Shown here in pieces: positions 27,057 through 27,663 of a stretch of DNA of 27,663 nt (its first letter is position 1; each line of letters opens with the position of its first letter). This DNA is from an uncultured archaeon. GTDB lineage: Archaea; Asgardarchaeota; Hermodarchaeia; Hermodarchaeales; Hermodarchaeaceae. The notes beneath the pieces are model-generated. The model was not told where the DNA came from and did no database searches. It worked only from the letters and a program-made list of their open reading frames with translations. The position numbers and the translations under genes were made by a program. The stretch lies in NCBI GenBank assembly GCA_964347045.1, contig CAYFXC010000026.1:1-27663 (forward strand), in the 5' to 3' direction.

Positions 27057-27088
27057 GTAAGGAAGTCAGAGAACGTATCTCCAACCTT
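27057..27088 (-). other. 32-nt BHB-type intron after the A1519 equivalent (h45 loop)
   Basis: Removal restores GGGGAA|CCUGCGGC. GGGG/CCUU central helix, AA|A and AC|C bulges, 10-bp intron stem. Confidence 0.8.
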
Positions 27089-27094
27089 TTCCCC

Positions 27095-27153
27095 TTACCG
27101 CAAGGGCCCGCTCGCAAGCGGGATTTGATCAGTCCAACCGTAGCTAGACTGGT
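27095..27153 (-). other. 59-nt BHB-type intron after the A1513 equivalent (h45 5' strand)
   Basis: Removal restores GCCGUA|GGGGAA. GCCG/CGGU central helix, UA|A and AA|G junctions, two internal hairpins. The boundary is ambiguous by 1 nt. Confidence 0.78.
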
Positions 27154-27184
<31 letters not shown>

Positions 27185-27280
27185 TGCCGAGCCCCGATTC
27201 GACACCACCCACCCATCCGCCGAAGCGGGCAGGTGGACAGCGGCTCATCCAAACTTGACTCGGGTGGAGCGACGGGCGGT

Positions 27281-27343
<63 letters not shown>

Positions 27344-27663
27344 CTGGTGTTGACAGGCGATTACTAGGCATTCCATGTTCACGACGGCGGGTTGCAGCCG
27401 TCGATCCCGACTGTGCCCGGGGTTGTGAGATTGGCTTCCCCTTTCGGGGTTGCGGCCCATTGTCCCGGGCTTTGCAGCCCGCGTGTGGCCCGGGGGTTTC
27501 GGGGCATACTGACCTGCCGTGGCCCCCGCCTTCCTCTGCTTTCTCAGCAGCGGTCCCCTTAGTGTGCCCGGCTACCCCGAAGGGTATCGCTGGCAACTAA
27601 GGGTGGGGGTCTCGTTCGTTGCCTCACTTAAGAGGACAGCTCACGCCACGAACTGGCGACGGC

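Overview
This is archaeal chromosomal DNA. The 16S sequence is archaeal and the small zinc-finger and zinc-ribbon proteins would fit a TACK or Asgard-type lineage, but the exact taxon cannot be established from this window. The left ~13.7 kb holds ordinary, unrelated metabolic and membrane genes: GYD protein, B12 radical SAM, pirin, AlkZ-like, VOC, DUF6144, TIGR04076, an internally duplicated class-V aminotransferase, AbfD and a hydrolase. The right edge is the 3' ~630 bp of a minus-strand 16S rRNA gene with no tRNA-Ala or 23S gene behind it. That gene carries three tiny bulge-helix-bulge-type insertions of 33, 59 and 32 nt; two of them flank a 6-nt micro-exon in helix 45. The ~130-bp trailer directly downstream of the 16S 3' end recurs as at least 7 further diverged, co-oriented copies (plus 2 weaker ones) between 13.8 and 25.3 kb. 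In the right half of that stretch the copies delimit units of 1-3 unrelated genes, suggesting an integron-like gene-cassette array anchored on the rRNA gene. An unannotated 44-aa protein with four CxxC motifs (RING-like) lies next to the trailer.
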